From: an uncultured Gemmatimonadaceae bacterium
GTDB lineage: Bacteria; Gemmatimonadota; Gemmatimonadetes; Gemmatimonadales; Gemmatimonadaceae
Length of the DNA: 64,000 nt
Assembly (NCBI GenBank): GCA_963781585.1
Contig: CAWAGQ010000017.1
Coordinates: forward strand, 1-64,000
Reading direction: 5' to 3'
Position 1 is the first letter of the stretch. Every line of letters begins with the position of its first letter. Below the pieces are notes generated by a model. It searched no databases, was not told where the DNA came from, and worked only from the letters and a program-made list of their open reading frames with translations. The translations under genes and the position numbers were made by a program. Below, one piece after another: positions 24,167 to 35,121 of this stretch.

Positions 24167-27142
24167 ATGAGCGCGGATTTCGAGGCGCTGCGTGACGCCC
24201 TGTCGGGTGTGTACGCGATCGACGACGAACTCGGTCGCGGTGGAATGGCAACGGTCTATCGCGCCCGCGATCTCCGGCACGACCGCCCGGTCGCCCTCAA
24301 GGTATTGCATCGCGACACCGGCGTTGGTTCCGAGCGGTTTCTCCGGGAGATCAGGACCGCGGCGGCGCTCTCGCACCCGAATATCCTGCCGGTCTTCGAT
24401 TCCGGGTCGGCATCGGGTTTCCTCTACTACACGATGCCGCTGGTGGAGGGCGAATCGCTCCGCGGCCGCCTCCAGCGCGAGACGCAGCTTCCGCTGGCAG
24501 ACGCACTGCGGATCGCCCGCGAGGTGGCCGACGCGCTGGGCTACGCGCACGCCCATAACGTCATCCATCGCGACATCAAGCCGGAGAACATCCTCCTCCA
24601 CGACGGGCACGCGAGCGTCGCCGATTTCGGCATTGCCGGGGCGATCGTACCGGCGGAGGACGAGCGGCTGACCTCCACGGGTATCGTGGTGGGGACACCG
24701 AACTACATGAGTCCGGAGCAGGCCAGCGGCGATCGGCGCCTGGACGGACGGACGGATGTCTACTCGCTCGCGTGTGTCGTGTACGAGATGCTGAGCGGCG
24801 AGCCTCCACATAGCGGACCCACTCCGCAGGCAGTCCTGGCGCGACAGCTCAAGGGCGAGGTCCGGTCACTGACGCCGCTCCGTTCGAGTGTCAGCGGCGA
24901 TCTGGACGCAGTGGTGCGGCGCGGTCTGGCGCCGGCGCCGGCGGATCGCTACCGCTCCGCGCCCGAATTTGTCGCCGCGCTGGACGCTGCAACGCACGGT
25001 GACGCGGTGCCGTCAGCCGGGGCGCGCCTCGGCCGACATCGAGTCGTGCGCCTAACGGTACTGGGAGCGGCCGTTGCCCTGCTCGCTCTGGCCGGACGGC
25101 GCATGCTGCGCGGCGGCGGCCACGGTCGGAGCGCTGCGGTCGCGATCTTTCCATTCCGCACCAGCGGAGCCGGCGTGGACGAATGGACGGAATACCTTCC
25201 CGACCTGCTGGCCACGTCTCTCGACGGCACGCCGGGCCTCCCGGTGGCGGACCCGTGGTCGCTGTGGCACGCGCTGCGGCCGGATCGTGCCGAACGCGCC
25301 CGCAGTCCCGACCCGGATGAAGCGGCGCAACTGGCGAAGCGCGCCGGGGCCGCGACCTTCCTGCTCGGCGCCGTTGTCCAGACCGGCGAGCGGGTTGTCG
25401 TCACTGCCCGGCTCTACGCCAGCGAGCGGGCCAATCTGGTGCACACGTTCTCCGAGGCGACGGTCACCGACAGCCTGCCTGCCCTGGTCGAGCGCCTGGC
25501 CGTCGGCATCGTCGGGCAGCTCACCGGGGAGCCCGGACCTCACGTCGATGCGCATGCCACGGATTCGCTCGAGGCACTGAAGGCCTACCTGGCGGCGCGC
25601 GAAGCGATGCGGCGCGGCCTGGTCGACTCGGCGGACATCGCGATCGACCGCGCCGTTGCGCTGGACTCGAATTTCGCGCTCGCCCTGGTGACGGCGGTCA
25701 GCATCAAGTCCTGGCGGCAGTCGACTGCCGGGCAGGCCTACACCGGATTGCTTCCGCTGGCCGAGCGCGCCGTGCAGGCCAGCGATTCGTTAGGCGAGCG
25801 CGAGCGCCTGCGGGCCCGTGCCGTCCTGGCTTCCATTCGCACCGACGGTGCTGGCGTGGCCGACGCCACGAGGCGCATTCTCGAGCGAGACAGCACCGAC
25901 ATCCAGGCGCTCGACCTGCTCGGCTACAGTCACCTGTCCTACGGGTGGCAATACGGAATGGGGGAACAGGAGGCCCGGGCGGTGTCGGAACGGGTGCTGC
26001 GTGTCGACTCGCTCGACGTTCCGGCGCTGGTGCGCCGGTCCTTTCTTGCTGCGGCCGCCGACGATTCCGCCGACGTGCAGCACCAGATCCGGCGGCTGGT
26101 GAGCGCGGACACCACGAACGCGCTGATCCGCTCCGCCTTGCTGAGCCTCCGCGCCCTGCAGGCCGACTCGGAGCAGTTCCGCAAGCTCGTCGACGCGGTC
26201 AGCACCGGCCCCGTGGCCGAGTGGCTGGCCGTGTTTCGCACCCTGCGTTCGTTCTCGCCCGATCGGGCGGAACAGCTTGCGACACGACTGGAGACGGTCG
26301 CCGGCCCGGGCGTACCGCAGCGCACGGCGCTCGGCGCGAGCATACAGCTGGCGATGGCCGAGGGGCGTCAGCAGGAAGTCGACTCGATCGCCCGGTCGGG
26401 CGCGTACAGACCATTTCCGGGCCTCGCGACACAGGTGAATCTCCTGTTCGTCGCCTCGGCCATCGCCGGAGTGGGAGACAGCTCAATCACGCAGCGGGGC
26501 CTTCGCGAACTGGTGGGGCTGGTTCCGATCGACTCGGCCAGCGCGTACTTCGAGACCAGACCGGTCTGGTGGGCCGGCTGGTCGATTGCGGCGTATAACG
26601 CGATGTTCGGGGATTCCACTGTGACAAGGCGGTGGCGCGCCGTCATCGGGTCCCTTCCAGCGGGCGGCACCTCGGATGACTATCGGGGCGCATTGCAAAA
26701 TGACCTGGACTCACGCCTCGCAGCGAGACGCGGCGACCTCCAGACCGCGCTCAGTCTGAGCGAGCGCGCGTTCGATCTGTGGACGATTCACGCCAATAAC
26801 ACGCTGGAATCCCAACCCGAGCCGGCGATGCGGTTTCACCTGGCCACGCTCCTCCGGGCAACCGGGCGAACCGACAGCGCAGCGGCGTTGTTGCGCTCGC
26901 TCGTTCCTCCCACGACCTGGATGGGATTCTACACGACGCGCGCGTCGCTCGAGTTGGGAGAGATCGCTGAGGCTGCGGGCGATCGTGCAGCGGCGGCCCG
27001 CTACTATGGAATGGCGGCTTCCCTGTGGCGAAGAGGTGGACCCGAGGTCGCGACATGGCGCGATCGCGCGGTGCAGGGCCTGCGACGCGCAACCAGTGAA
27101 CCGTCGAGTCGGGCTCCCAGCACGCAGCCACGGCAGCCCTGA
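24167..27142 (+). CDS. membrane Ser/Thr protein kinase with extracytoplasmic TolB_N-like and TPR-like region
   Basis: GRGGMATVY, VALK, HRDIKPEN, DFG, GTPNYMSPE; a TM segment; AVAIFPF motif followed by helical repeats. Confidence 0.88.
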   Translation: MSADFEALRDALSGVYAIDDELGRGGMATVYRARDLRHDRPVALKVLHRDTGVGSERFLREIRTAAALSHPNILPVFDSGSASGFLYYTMPLVEGESLRGRLQRETQLPLADALRIAREVADALGYAHAHNVIHRDIKPENILLHDGHASVADFGIAGAIVPAEDERLTSTGIVVGTPNYMSPEQASGDRRLDGRTDVYSLACVVYEMLSGEPPHSGPTPQAVLARQLKGEVRSLTPLRSSVSGDLDAVVRRGLAPAPADRYRSAPEFVAALDAATHGDAVPSAGARLGRHRVVRLTVLGAAVALLALAGRRMLRGGGHGRSAAVAIFPFRTSGAGVDEWTEYLPDLLATSLDGTPGLPVADPWSLWHALRPDRAERARSPDPDEAAQLAKRAGAATFLLGAVVQTGERVVVTARLYASERANLVHTFSEATVTDSLPALVERLAVGIVGQLTGEPGPHVDAHATDSLEALKAYLAAREAMRRGLVDSADIAIDRAVALDSNFALALVTAVSIKSWRQSTAGQAYTGLLPLAERAVQASDSLGERERLRARAVLASIRTDGAGVADATRRILERDSTDIQALDLLGYSHLSYGWQYGMGEQEARAVSERVLRVDSLDVPALVRRSFLAAAADDSADVQHQIRRLVSADTTNALIRSALLSLRALQADSEQFRKLVDAVSTGPVAEWLAVFRTLRSFSPDRAEQLATRLETVAGPGVPQRTALGASIQLAMAEGRQQEVDSIARSGAYRPFPGLATQVNLLFVASAIAGVGDSSITQRGLRELVGLVPIDSASAYFETRPVWWAGWSIAAYNAMFGDSTVTRRWRAVIGSLPAGGTSDDYRGALQNDLDSRLAARRGDLQTALSLSERAFDLWTIHANNTLESQPEPAMRFHLATLLRATGRTDSAAALLRSLVPPTTWMGFYTTRASLELGEIAEAAGDRAAAARYYGMAASLWRRGGPEVATWRDRAVQGLRRATSEPSSRAPSTQPRQP

Positions 27143-27226
27143 TACGGGAACTGGCGAGCTCCGGGTTCATGCGACCGGGGGCGGCCGACGCGCCACCCGT
27201 ATCGCTCTACCACGACGGCGGCCGGC

Positions 27227-29695
27227 CTACGCCTCCCGCAGTGCGCTCCCCGGGTGGACGCGTGTGGCCCGTCGCGCGGGTACGCAGGTCGCGACCACGG
27301 CGGTCACGAGGATGATGAGCGACACCAGCAGGTACGTCGGCGGGTCCGTCGGCGTGACCCCGAACAGGAGGTCGCGCATGATGCGCGTCAGGGCGAGTGC
27401 GCCGAGCAGGCCCGCCACGACACCCACGCCGACGATGGCAACGACCTCCCGGCCGAGCAGCCGCAGGATGCGGGCGTCGTCGGCGCCGAGCGCCATGCGG
27501 ATGCCGATCTCCCGGCGGCGCTGATTCACCCAGTATGCGATGACACCGTACACACCGACTGCCGAAAGAATCAGGGCGAAAGCGGCAAACGTCGCCAGCA
27601 CGATCATCGAGAGTCTGCGGCGCGCCAGGGAGTCCTGCAGCCGTTGCTCCATCGTACTCACGTCGTACGCCGGGAGATCGGGATCGAGCTGCGCCACCTG
27701 GCGCAGCACCGCGCTCAGCGCGGCGCGATGGTCGAGGCCAGGGCGTGTGCGAACCACAACGAACCGGCTGGCGATTCGATATTGCTCCACGGGGAAGTAG
27801 ACCGTAATAGGCGGCTGGGCGCTGAGTTCATACTCGCGCGCATTGTCAACCACGCCGACCACCGTGCGCCACGGCCCGTCGCTCCCCTGACGCAGCCGCT
27901 TGCCGAGCGGACTGTCATGCGGCCAGAAGCGGGCCGCGAGATTGTCGTCCACGATCGCGACCGGTGGTGCGCTCCGGTTGTCCGTGTCGATGAATGCCCG
28001 ACCCTGCAACAGCGGGATGCCCATCGTGCGCAGGTAGTCGGCACTGATGTACGCACTGCTGGTGATGATCCGCTCGTCGCTGGGCGCGCGGGGCACGTAC
28101 CCCTCGATGGAGATCGGCTCCCACGCCAGCGCGACGGAACTGAGCGGAAGCTGATAATTGGTGCCGATGCTCACTACGCCGGGCAAGCCGCGCACTTCGT
28201 GCTCGAGGCGGTCGAAGAAGAGCGAGACCGACTCCGGAGTGTTGTATCGCGCGGCCGGCAGCGTGAGGCGAAACGACAGGACGTTCCCGGGATCGAATCC
28301 GGGGTTCGCCCGCGTGATACGCTGGTAGCTGCGAATCAACAGGCCGGCGCCGAGCAGCACGATCACGGATAGTGCGACTTCGGCGACGATCAGGAGGCGT
28401 CGGCCATTGGTGTGACGGCCCGCCAGGTCCGACGAGCCCCGCCCGCCGCCACGGAGGACGGTGTTGGGGTCGGCACGCGCGGCGCGGAGGGCGGGTCCGA
28501 GGCCAAAAAGAAGTGGGGTGACCAGCGAGACGACACCCGTGAACGCGAGCAGGGGGCCGTCGAGGCGAATGTCGGCGGCGCGCGGGACGTTCGCCGGCTC
28601 GAAGAACCGAAGTGTCGTGATGCCCAGCAGACCAATCGCGAGTCCGACCAGGGCGCCCGCCAGCGAGAGCACCAGCGACTCGGTAACCAGCTGCCGCACG
28701 AGCTGTCCGCGTCGCGCGCCGACCGCCGCGCGAATTGCCAGCTCCCGCTCTCGCACGGTCGCGCGGGCCAGGAGAAGGTTCGCCACGTTGCCGCACGCGA
28801 TGAGCAGGACGAGCGCGACGGCGCCAAGGAGCACGTACAACGTCATCCGCAGATCGCCAACCACCTGATCCAGCAGCGGCACGATGGAAATCGTGAGACC
28901 GCCGGTTTCAGGGTACATCGCCGGATACTGCAGCCGCATGCGTGCCGCGATGGCGTCCATTTCGGATTGCGCGTGCGCGACCGTTACGCCGGGCTTGAGC
29001 CTGGCGAACACGTTGAAGTCTTCGCCGTTGCGATTGGCGCGAGCCGATGCCGGGAGCGGCAAGGGGAGGATCAGATCGGTGCGCTGAATGCCGTTGACCG
29101 CCGGCATGACCTCCCTGCCGAAGACGAACGCGCGGGACGTAACGCCGACGATGGTAAAGGGAAGGTCGTTGAGGACGATCCGCCTGCCGATGATAGCGGG
29201 GTCGCTTCCGAAGCGACGCACCCAGAACCCGTGGGTGAGGACCACGGCGCGCTCACCGCCCGGGGTGTCGTCGTCAGCCGAGAAAACGCGTCCGAGCCCA
29301 GGCTGCGCGCCGAAGAGTGGAAAGAACGACGATGAGACGCGGATGCCATCGACGCGTTCCGGTGGGCCGTCGCCGGTCATGTTGAAGCTGGCGCCGATCG
29401 CCGCGGCCGTGCGCTCGAAGACTGTGTTCTCGAGGGCGATGTCGAGATACTGCCCCGTGGAAAGCCAGTCCTGCTGCACGTTCAGGCGGGGAGACCGCTG
29501 CCAGAGAATGCCGAGACGATCGGGCTCGGGGTACGGCAGCGGCCGAAGGAGGAGTGCGTTGGCCACGCTGAAGACGGCCGTGTTCGCGCCGAACGCGATG
29601 GCCAGCGACAGCACCGCCGCGGCGGTGAAAGTCGGCGAACCTCCGATCTGCCGGATGGCCTGCTTCAGATCCTGGCGCCAGGCATCCACGGTCAT
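27227..29695 (-). CDS. ADOP/MacB-FtsX family duplicated ABC permease
   Basis: QDLKQAIR, GANTAVFS, LLIACGNVANLLLAR, RRREIGIRMALGA, PARRATRVHP. Confidence 0.9.
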   Translation of the reverse strand: MTVDAWRQDLKQAIRQIGGSPTFTAAAVLSLAIAFGANTAVFSVANALLLRPLPYPEPDRLGILWQRSPRLNVQQDWLSTGQYLDIALENTVFERTAAAIGASFNMTGDGPPERVDGIRVSSSFFPLFGAQPGLGRVFSADDDTPGGERAVVLTHGFWVRRFGSDPAIIGRRIVLNDLPFTIVGVTSRAFVFGREVMPAVNGIQRTDLILPLPLPASARANRNGEDFNVFARLKPGVTVAHAQSEMDAIAARMRLQYPAMYPETGGLTISIVPLLDQVVGDLRMTLYVLLGAVALVLLIACGNVANLLLARATVRERELAIRAAVGARRGQLVRQLVTESLVLSLAGALVGLAIGLLGITTLRFFEPANVPRAADIRLDGPLLAFTGVVSLVTPLLFGLGPALRAARADPNTVLRGGGRGSSDLAGRHTNGRRLLIVAEVALSVIVLLGAGLLIRSYQRITRANPGFDPGNVLSFRLTLPAARYNTPESVSLFFDRLEHEVRGLPGVVSIGTNYQLPLSSVALAWEPISIEGYVPRAPSDERIITSSAYISADYLRTMGIPLLQGRAFIDTDNRSAPPVAIVDDNLAARFWPHDSPLGKRLRQGSDGPWRTVVGVVDNAREYELSAQPPITVYFPVEQYRIASRFVVVRTRPGLDHRAALSAVLRQVAQLDPDLPAYDVSTMEQRLQDSLARRRLSMIVLATFAAFALILSAVGVYGVIAYWVNQRRREIGIRMALGADDARILRLLGREVVAIVGVGVVAGLLGALALTRIMRDLLFGVTPTDPPTYLLVSLIILVTAVVATCVPARRATRVHPGSALREA

Positions 29696-29774
29696 CTGTG
29701 CCCAGCGCCGAGGCGGCTTCTCACGCGGCTCCACTGCTCGGGGTGGGCGGCGGCGAGGCGTCCGAACGGCGCGG

Positions 29775-32351
29775 TCAACGCATGCCCCGGACGTCGAAAA
29801 TGTGCGACACGTACTCGGCCCGGAGGTAGGCGTACGCACGCGGGTCGTCAGCCATCGTGATGTCGAGAATCGTGATCAGCGCCGACCGCGCGGTAGGCAG
29901 AATCGACAGTACCTCCGTCCGTTGACCGGTTGCCAGGTCCAGCCGGTCCACGCGCGGAGGATTCTCGTTCGCGCCCGTGATCCAGAGCCCCCGCCCGTCC
30001 GGCGTCCAACGGATGATCACGTCCGCAGAGCTGAGTTTCGGCACCGGCCGGGCTGGCGAACCGCTCAGGGCGTAGATGCTGTATGCGTCGGCCGAGGCCG
30101 TAAGCACCGATGTGCCGTCCGGGGCGATGAAGCCCTGGTTGGTGCCTTCCGGCGTCAGCGCGCGGAGCGGCCCGTCGCCCAGCGGCCGGACGTAGCAGCG
30201 GGTAGCGTGTCCCTGTTCGTTGCCGCAGACGAGCAGCGAATTCCCATCAGGGAAGAACTGCGCATCGGTATATGATTCGAGTTCGCCGTGATCAAGACGG
30301 CGCGGCTGGCCCGGTCCGGTCGGATAGAGCATCAACTGCTGGGGCGTCGTTGGCACGCTGGCGAGGACCCAACGCTTGTCCGCCGACAGCGCTCGCACGG
30401 CTCCCTCTCCCAGACGCACCGCAGGCGATCCGTCCGTTTTTCGGACCATCACGGCATAGTTGGCGCCGGCATCGGCTGACTCGTCTCCGAACGCAAGCAA
30501 TTCGCCGTCCAGCGAGAGATGTGGGCCCTGTGAATTGTCGAGCCAGGACAGATCGCGCTCAGAGCTTGCGCCGGGGCCCTTCACCATCAGCCGGAAGAAC
30601 AAGTCGTCTCGCGTGAGCAGCCAGCGACCGGAGGCCGATACATCCTGCACTGTCACCGTGCCCGCGCTTGGGAGCACGAGGTGGGCCCGCCCGTCGAGTG
30701 TCACCGCATGAACCTGATAGAACCCGCCCTCGAGCGCGGCGCCGAAAATGATGCGCTGGCCGTCGGGCATCCAGGCCAGGCCTTCCAGGCCCCAGTAGCC
30801 CTGGGTGAGCATCCGGTGGGCGCCTTTCAGATCGACCACCGCGACGCCGCCGCGGTCGTCATACCGCAAGGGGTGTTCGAGAAACGCGATTTGGTCTCCC
30901 GACGGTGAGAACCGCAGGTCGGAGAGATACCCGGTCGATTCGTAGATCACCGTTCCGATCGGGTACTCGAGCCGATCCTTCCCGTTCACGTCGTGGATGA
31001 TCGCCAGGTCGGATCCGTCGGGCGCCCAGTCCGCTTCGCGAACAGCCGCGAGAATCTCGCGCGGCGCGCCGCCGCCCATCGGCATGCGGGCCAGCGTTCC
31101 AGTGAAGAGGCGGTGCCCCAGGTAGGCAGCGTGCACGAGCACGGCCATCTCGTCGTGAGAGGACACGGACAGGAGATGCATTGCCGGTTGGCCGACCGGG
31201 CGAGGCTCCGGATAGTCCGGCCGGATGACGAAGAGGCTGGGAACGCTGCCCTGGGCAGCGGCGCTATAGACGATCGTCTCCCCATCGCGGGAGAACCGGG
31301 CCGTGAACACCGCCTCGGTGGTAAATGTCCGCTGCGTGAACGACACCTGATCCAGGGCGGCACCGGCGCTGGAGCCGCCGACGAGAAATCCGAGCAGGCC
31401 GACGCGCACACCGGCTGCCGCGACGGCGACGCCCGATATCAGTCCTCCAATGAGCGCCCACCTCCAGCCCGACCCGCGGCGCAGGGGGGTCGGCCCCGTC
31501 AGTGCGGCGGTGGCGAACGACGGGTTCTTCAACGCCTCGGCGAAATCCCTGGCGCTGTCGAACCGGTCGGCGGGGAGCTTCTCCAGCGCCTTGGTGATGG
31601 CGGCCGTCACGTTCGCCGGCACGGATTTGCGCAGGGTGGTGACCGCGGGCACCGGCTCGGTGAGGATCTTCATGATGATCTGCTGTGCCGAGCCGCCGCT
31701 GTGTGGCGGTTCCCCCGCGAGCATCTCGTAGAGCACGCTCGCAAGTGAATAGATGTCGGAGCGCGCGGTGATCTCCTTCTCGGCGGTGGCCTGCTCCGGG
31801 CTCATGTAGTGGGGCGTGCCTAACGAGAGGCCGGTTTCGGTCATCCGGCCACCGGCCGCCGCGCTGACCGCGAGGGCGATTCCAAAATCGGCGACCATCG
31901 GCCGCCCGTCGTGCAGGAGGATGTTCTCCGGCTTGATGTCGCGGTGGATCACACCGTGGCGGTGGGCGTAATCCAGCGCGTCGGCCACCTCGGTGGTGAT
32001 GCTCACCGCCTGGTCGATGCCGAGTTGCGTTTCGCGGGTGAGCTTGCTCCGCAGTGTCTCGCCTTCGATGTACGGCATCACGTAGAACAGGAAGCCGTCG
32101 GCGGTGCCGGAATCGAACAGCGGCAGGATGTGCGGGTGCTGCAGCGATGCGGTCGTCTTGATCTCCACCACGAACCGCTCGGCGCCCAGCACGGCGGCGA
32201 GTTCCGGCTTCAGAACCTTGAGGGCGACCTTGCGGTCGTGCTTGAGGTCATGGGCGAGGTAGACCGTGGCCATGCCGCCGGTACCCAACTCCCGCTCGAT
32301 GCGGTATCGGTCCGCGAGGGCGGCGGCGAGGCGTTCTGTCTGGGAGGTCAC
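29775..32351 (-). CDS. membrane Ser/Thr protein kinase with C-terminal PD40/WD40-like beta-propeller
   Basis: RYRIERELGTGGMATVY, HRDIKPEN, DFG, GTPHYMSPE; repeated (F/W)(S/A)PDG motifs. Confidence 0.9.
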   Translation of the reverse strand: MTSQTERLAAALADRYRIERELGTGGMATVYLAHDLKHDRKVALKVLKPELAAVLGAERFVVEIKTTASLQHPHILPLFDSGTADGFLFYVMPYIEGETLRSKLTRETQLGIDQAVSITTEVADALDYAHRHGVIHRDIKPENILLHDGRPMVADFGIALAVSAAAGGRMTETGLSLGTPHYMSPEQATAEKEITARSDIYSLASVLYEMLAGEPPHSGGSAQQIIMKILTEPVPAVTTLRKSVPANVTAAITKALEKLPADRFDSARDFAEALKNPSFATAALTGPTPLRRGSGWRWALIGGLISGVAVAAAGVRVGLLGFLVGGSSAGAALDQVSFTQRTFTTEAVFTARFSRDGETIVYSAAAQGSVPSLFVIRPDYPEPRPVGQPAMHLLSVSSHDEMAVLVHAAYLGHRLFTGTLARMPMGGGAPREILAAVREADWAPDGSDLAIIHDVNGKDRLEYPIGTVIYESTGYLSDLRFSPSGDQIAFLEHPLRYDDRGGVAVVDLKGAHRMLTQGYWGLEGLAWMPDGQRIIFGAALEGGFYQVHAVTLDGRAHLVLPSAGTVTVQDVSASGRWLLTRDDLFFRLMVKGPGASSERDLSWLDNSQGPHLSLDGELLAFGDESADAGANYAVMVRKTDGSPAVRLGEGAVRALSADKRWVLASVPTTPQQLMLYPTGPGQPRRLDHGELESYTDAQFFPDGNSLLVCGNEQGHATRCYVRPLGDGPLRALTPEGTNQGFIAPDGTSVLTASADAYSIYALSGSPARPVPKLSSADVIIRWTPDGRGLWITGANENPPRVDRLDLATGQRTEVLSILPTARSALITILDITMADDPRAYAYLRAEYVSHIFDVRGMR

Positions 32352-32861
32352 GGCCTCGAAGATGTCGTCTGACGGGCTCGGCCGCGAGTCTGCCGACTCG
32401 CTGGCGCCCGGCAGGCGATCGGTTGGTCCGGTCTGCCGTTCGATACCGGGGCTCGCGTGCAAATATGGGACGGCCGGCCGGTTCGCGGCAGCAGGCGCTC
32501 CTGAGCGGAAGACGTCAGCAGTCGTCAGTGTTTCTGCCGATGGAGGCCGGGAGCGCCGAACCTCCGGGATCGTTAGGTGACAGGCGCGTGCAGGAGGTGC
32601 GACTGAAACGCACCGTGGCGGCCCACGCTACGCGTGCTACCTTGCGACGGGTGCATTCGGCACGCAGGTATCCGACACCGAGACGGCCGTCGGCGCCGGC
32701 ACCACGCGGATCAGGCCGCTGTCCGACTCGAGTTCAGACCGCGCCCTCAATGCACTCCGGTCGGCTCTCCACGGGAGTTCGGTTCTGCGACCGGCCTTTC
32801 GCTCATGCGTTACGTGAGGGGCCCGGACATCAACCAGCGAATTACAGGCGAGGAATTCATC

Positions 32862-35090
32862 ATGGCGATACGGAAGCAGCTCACGACCAGCATCAGCGCC
32901 AACGAGGTGGTCTTTCCGGATACGAGGATCGTGATCAAATCACGCGCGTCGCTGGATCCGCAGTCCGCGCAGGGTGGCATTGTGGTCCACGGTGTGAGGG
33001 GAGGGGTCAAGATCTCCGGTGCGGGGAGAGTCGCGAGATGGTCGCCCGAAAAACCGCTCCCGCCCGGCCATCACGTCCTGCTGATCGGCGGGCTCCTGAC
33101 GGCGAAGGGCCGCGGGGTCCCCGACGAGATTGTGATTCCGTTCTACGTCACCGACTCGGTAGCGCAGGTGCCGCGCAGTGTGCGCGTCGAGAGCATCACG
33201 CGCCTGCGCGTGAAGGAGCTGCAGACCGAGCGTGTCCACTCCGACCGCCGCCCGCCAGGGAAGTACATCGAACTCATGAAGGCCTCGAACAGGAAGACGG
33301 GCGCTCCCGTTGAGCTCGCGTTCGATCAATCGGGACGTCCGATCGATGCGAACAGGATCTTCCGGCGGATGCAGCGCGCTCACCTGCGCAAGTTCGGCAA
33401 GCTGCACGAAGCACTGCATGCGCGACTGCGAAAGGCCGGGCCGAGAACACGCATCCCGGTGGCGCTGTGGCTCCGTTCCGAAGAGGCACTGGCGCTGAGC
33501 GCCAAGAAGGAGACCGGAGCAACGAAGCGCCCCAGCCCGGAGATACGCGCGCGAGGCAAAGCGATTGCCGGTGTGGTGCGCGCTTTCGCGTCGCGACACG
33601 AGGAGCGTTATCCCAGGCGCAGGTTTCAGGCCGATCCGCACGCGCCTGCGGTGTACGCCGAGCTCACGCCATCGGAGATCGGGGCGATCGTGAAGCGGCG
33701 CGACGTGGTGGGAGCGTTTCTGCACGAGCGCGAGGGCATCGAGGACCTCGTCAACTCCATCGGCATTGCGAACTCCGACGACGCGCACGCGCTTGGCTTC
33801 GACGGGACGGGGGTGAAGGTTGCCGTCTGGGAGGATGGTCCCGACAACACCTCGAATCTCTCGATTACGGCGTCGTACAAGAGCTCGGGGTTCGCCACGT
33901 CGCAGCATGCGAGGCACACCCACGGCATCGTGAAGAACATCGAGAGCGGGAAGCCGCACGGCCACGCGCCGGCGTGCGCGCTGCATTCAGCCAACAGCAA
34001 GGATCTCGACGCGCTGCGTTGGGCCGCGCGGGACAAGGGGTGCACCGTCATCAGCCAGAGCTTTCACCGGTCGAGCGAGCCTGGCTCGGCCACCATGTCC
34101 TACGACGACATCTACAAGGACTGGCTGGCGCTGCAGTGGCCCTTCCCGACGATCTGCCAGGCGGCGGGGAACTACTGGCAAGGCGACCCGGACAATATCC
34201 AGCCGCCGAGCGCCGAGTACGTGAACCACAAGGGCTACAACGGGCTCACTGTCGGCAACCACGACGATACCGCCGCGGCGATGTCGGGCGATTCGGTGTT
34301 CAGAAATCCCTCCAGCGCGCACGGCGATCGTGAGCTGCCGGAGATTGCGGCGAACGGGACGTCGGTCACGACTGTCGGGCTGACGATGAGCGGAACGAGC
34401 ATGGCATCGCCAGCAGCCGCCGGATGCGCGGCAGAGATTCAGAACGCCGCCCCGACCCTGAAATCGTGGCCTGAAGGGTGTCGCGCGATCCTGCTCGCCG
34501 GGGCGAAGCGCAACATTGCGGGGAGTACGTGGTGGCAGGATGTGACTGCTGGCGTCGATGCATCCGACGGGACCGGGGCGGTGGACGCCCTGGAGGGGGT
34601 CGAGATCGCGAGGCAGCGCCGGTGGCGCAACGCCGCCGGGACCGCCAGAGGGTGGGACGTCGGTACGCTTCGCTCGGCGAACATCGGCAGCAACCAACGA
34701 ACGACCTTCTCGTACTTCGTGACGCTGGGGCGCAGCGTCTTCGCGCCACGCCACGTGAAAGTGGCGCTCGCGTGGGACAGCCGGATTACGACGCTGTCGT
34801 TCTTCGGGATCGAGCTGCCGCTGTCGTCGCGGCTCACGGTCGACCTCGACCTGCAGATCTTCGACAGTCGCGGTGTGCAGGTCGGATACAGCGGGTCGTG
34901 GGACAACAGCTACGAGATCGCGGAGTTCACCGGCACACCGGGCGAGACCTACACGATCAAGATCCGGCGCTGGTCAGGCACCGACGACGTGTGGTATGGC
35001 GTAGCGTGGACTGTCACCGGAGGGTTGTTCTGGGTCGACGTCACGCGGGCAACCGCCATCCAGCAGCTGCTCGCGAGTCGATCCCGCTAG
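32862..35090 (+). CDS. S8 subtilase with Glu in the catalytic Asp position
   Basis: GTGVKVAVWEDG, HARHTHG, QAAGN, PEIAANG, SGTSMASP, DLDLQIFD; RBS GAGG before the ATG. Confidence 0.82.
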   Translation: MAIRKQLTTSISANEVVFPDTRIVIKSRASLDPQSAQGGIVVHGVRGGVKISGAGRVARWSPEKPLPPGHHVLLIGGLLTAKGRGVPDEIVIPFYVTDSVAQVPRSVRVESITRLRVKELQTERVHSDRRPPGKYIELMKASNRKTGAPVELAFDQSGRPIDANRIFRRMQRAHLRKFGKLHEALHARLRKAGPRTRIPVALWLRSEEALALSAKKETGATKRPSPEIRARGKAIAGVVRAFASRHEERYPRRRFQADPHAPAVYAELTPSEIGAIVKRRDVVGAFLHEREGIEDLVNSIGIANSDDAHALGFDGTGVKVAVWEDGPDNTSNLSITASYKSSGFATSQHARHTHGIVKNIESGKPHGHAPACALHSANSKDLDALRWAARDKGCTVISQSFHRSSEPGSATMSYDDIYKDWLALQWPFPTICQAAGNYWQGDPDNIQPPSAEYVNHKGYNGLTVGNHDDTAAAMSGDSVFRNPSSAHGDRELPEIAANGTSVTTVGLTMSGTSMASPAAAGCAAEIQNAAPTLKSWPEGCRAILLAGAKRNIAGSTWWQDVTAGVDASDGTGAVDALEGVEIARQRRWRNAAGTARGWDVGTLRSANIGSNQRTTFSYFVTLGRSVFAPRHVKVALAWDSRITTLSFFGIELPLSSRLTVDLDLQIFDSRGVQVGYSGSWDNSYEIAEFTGTPGETYTIKIRRWSGTDDVWYGVAWTVTGGLFWVDVTRATAIQQLLASRSR

Positions 35091-35121
35091 GGCCTCCCGT
35101 CAGATCTTTGTTCTGCTCGCC

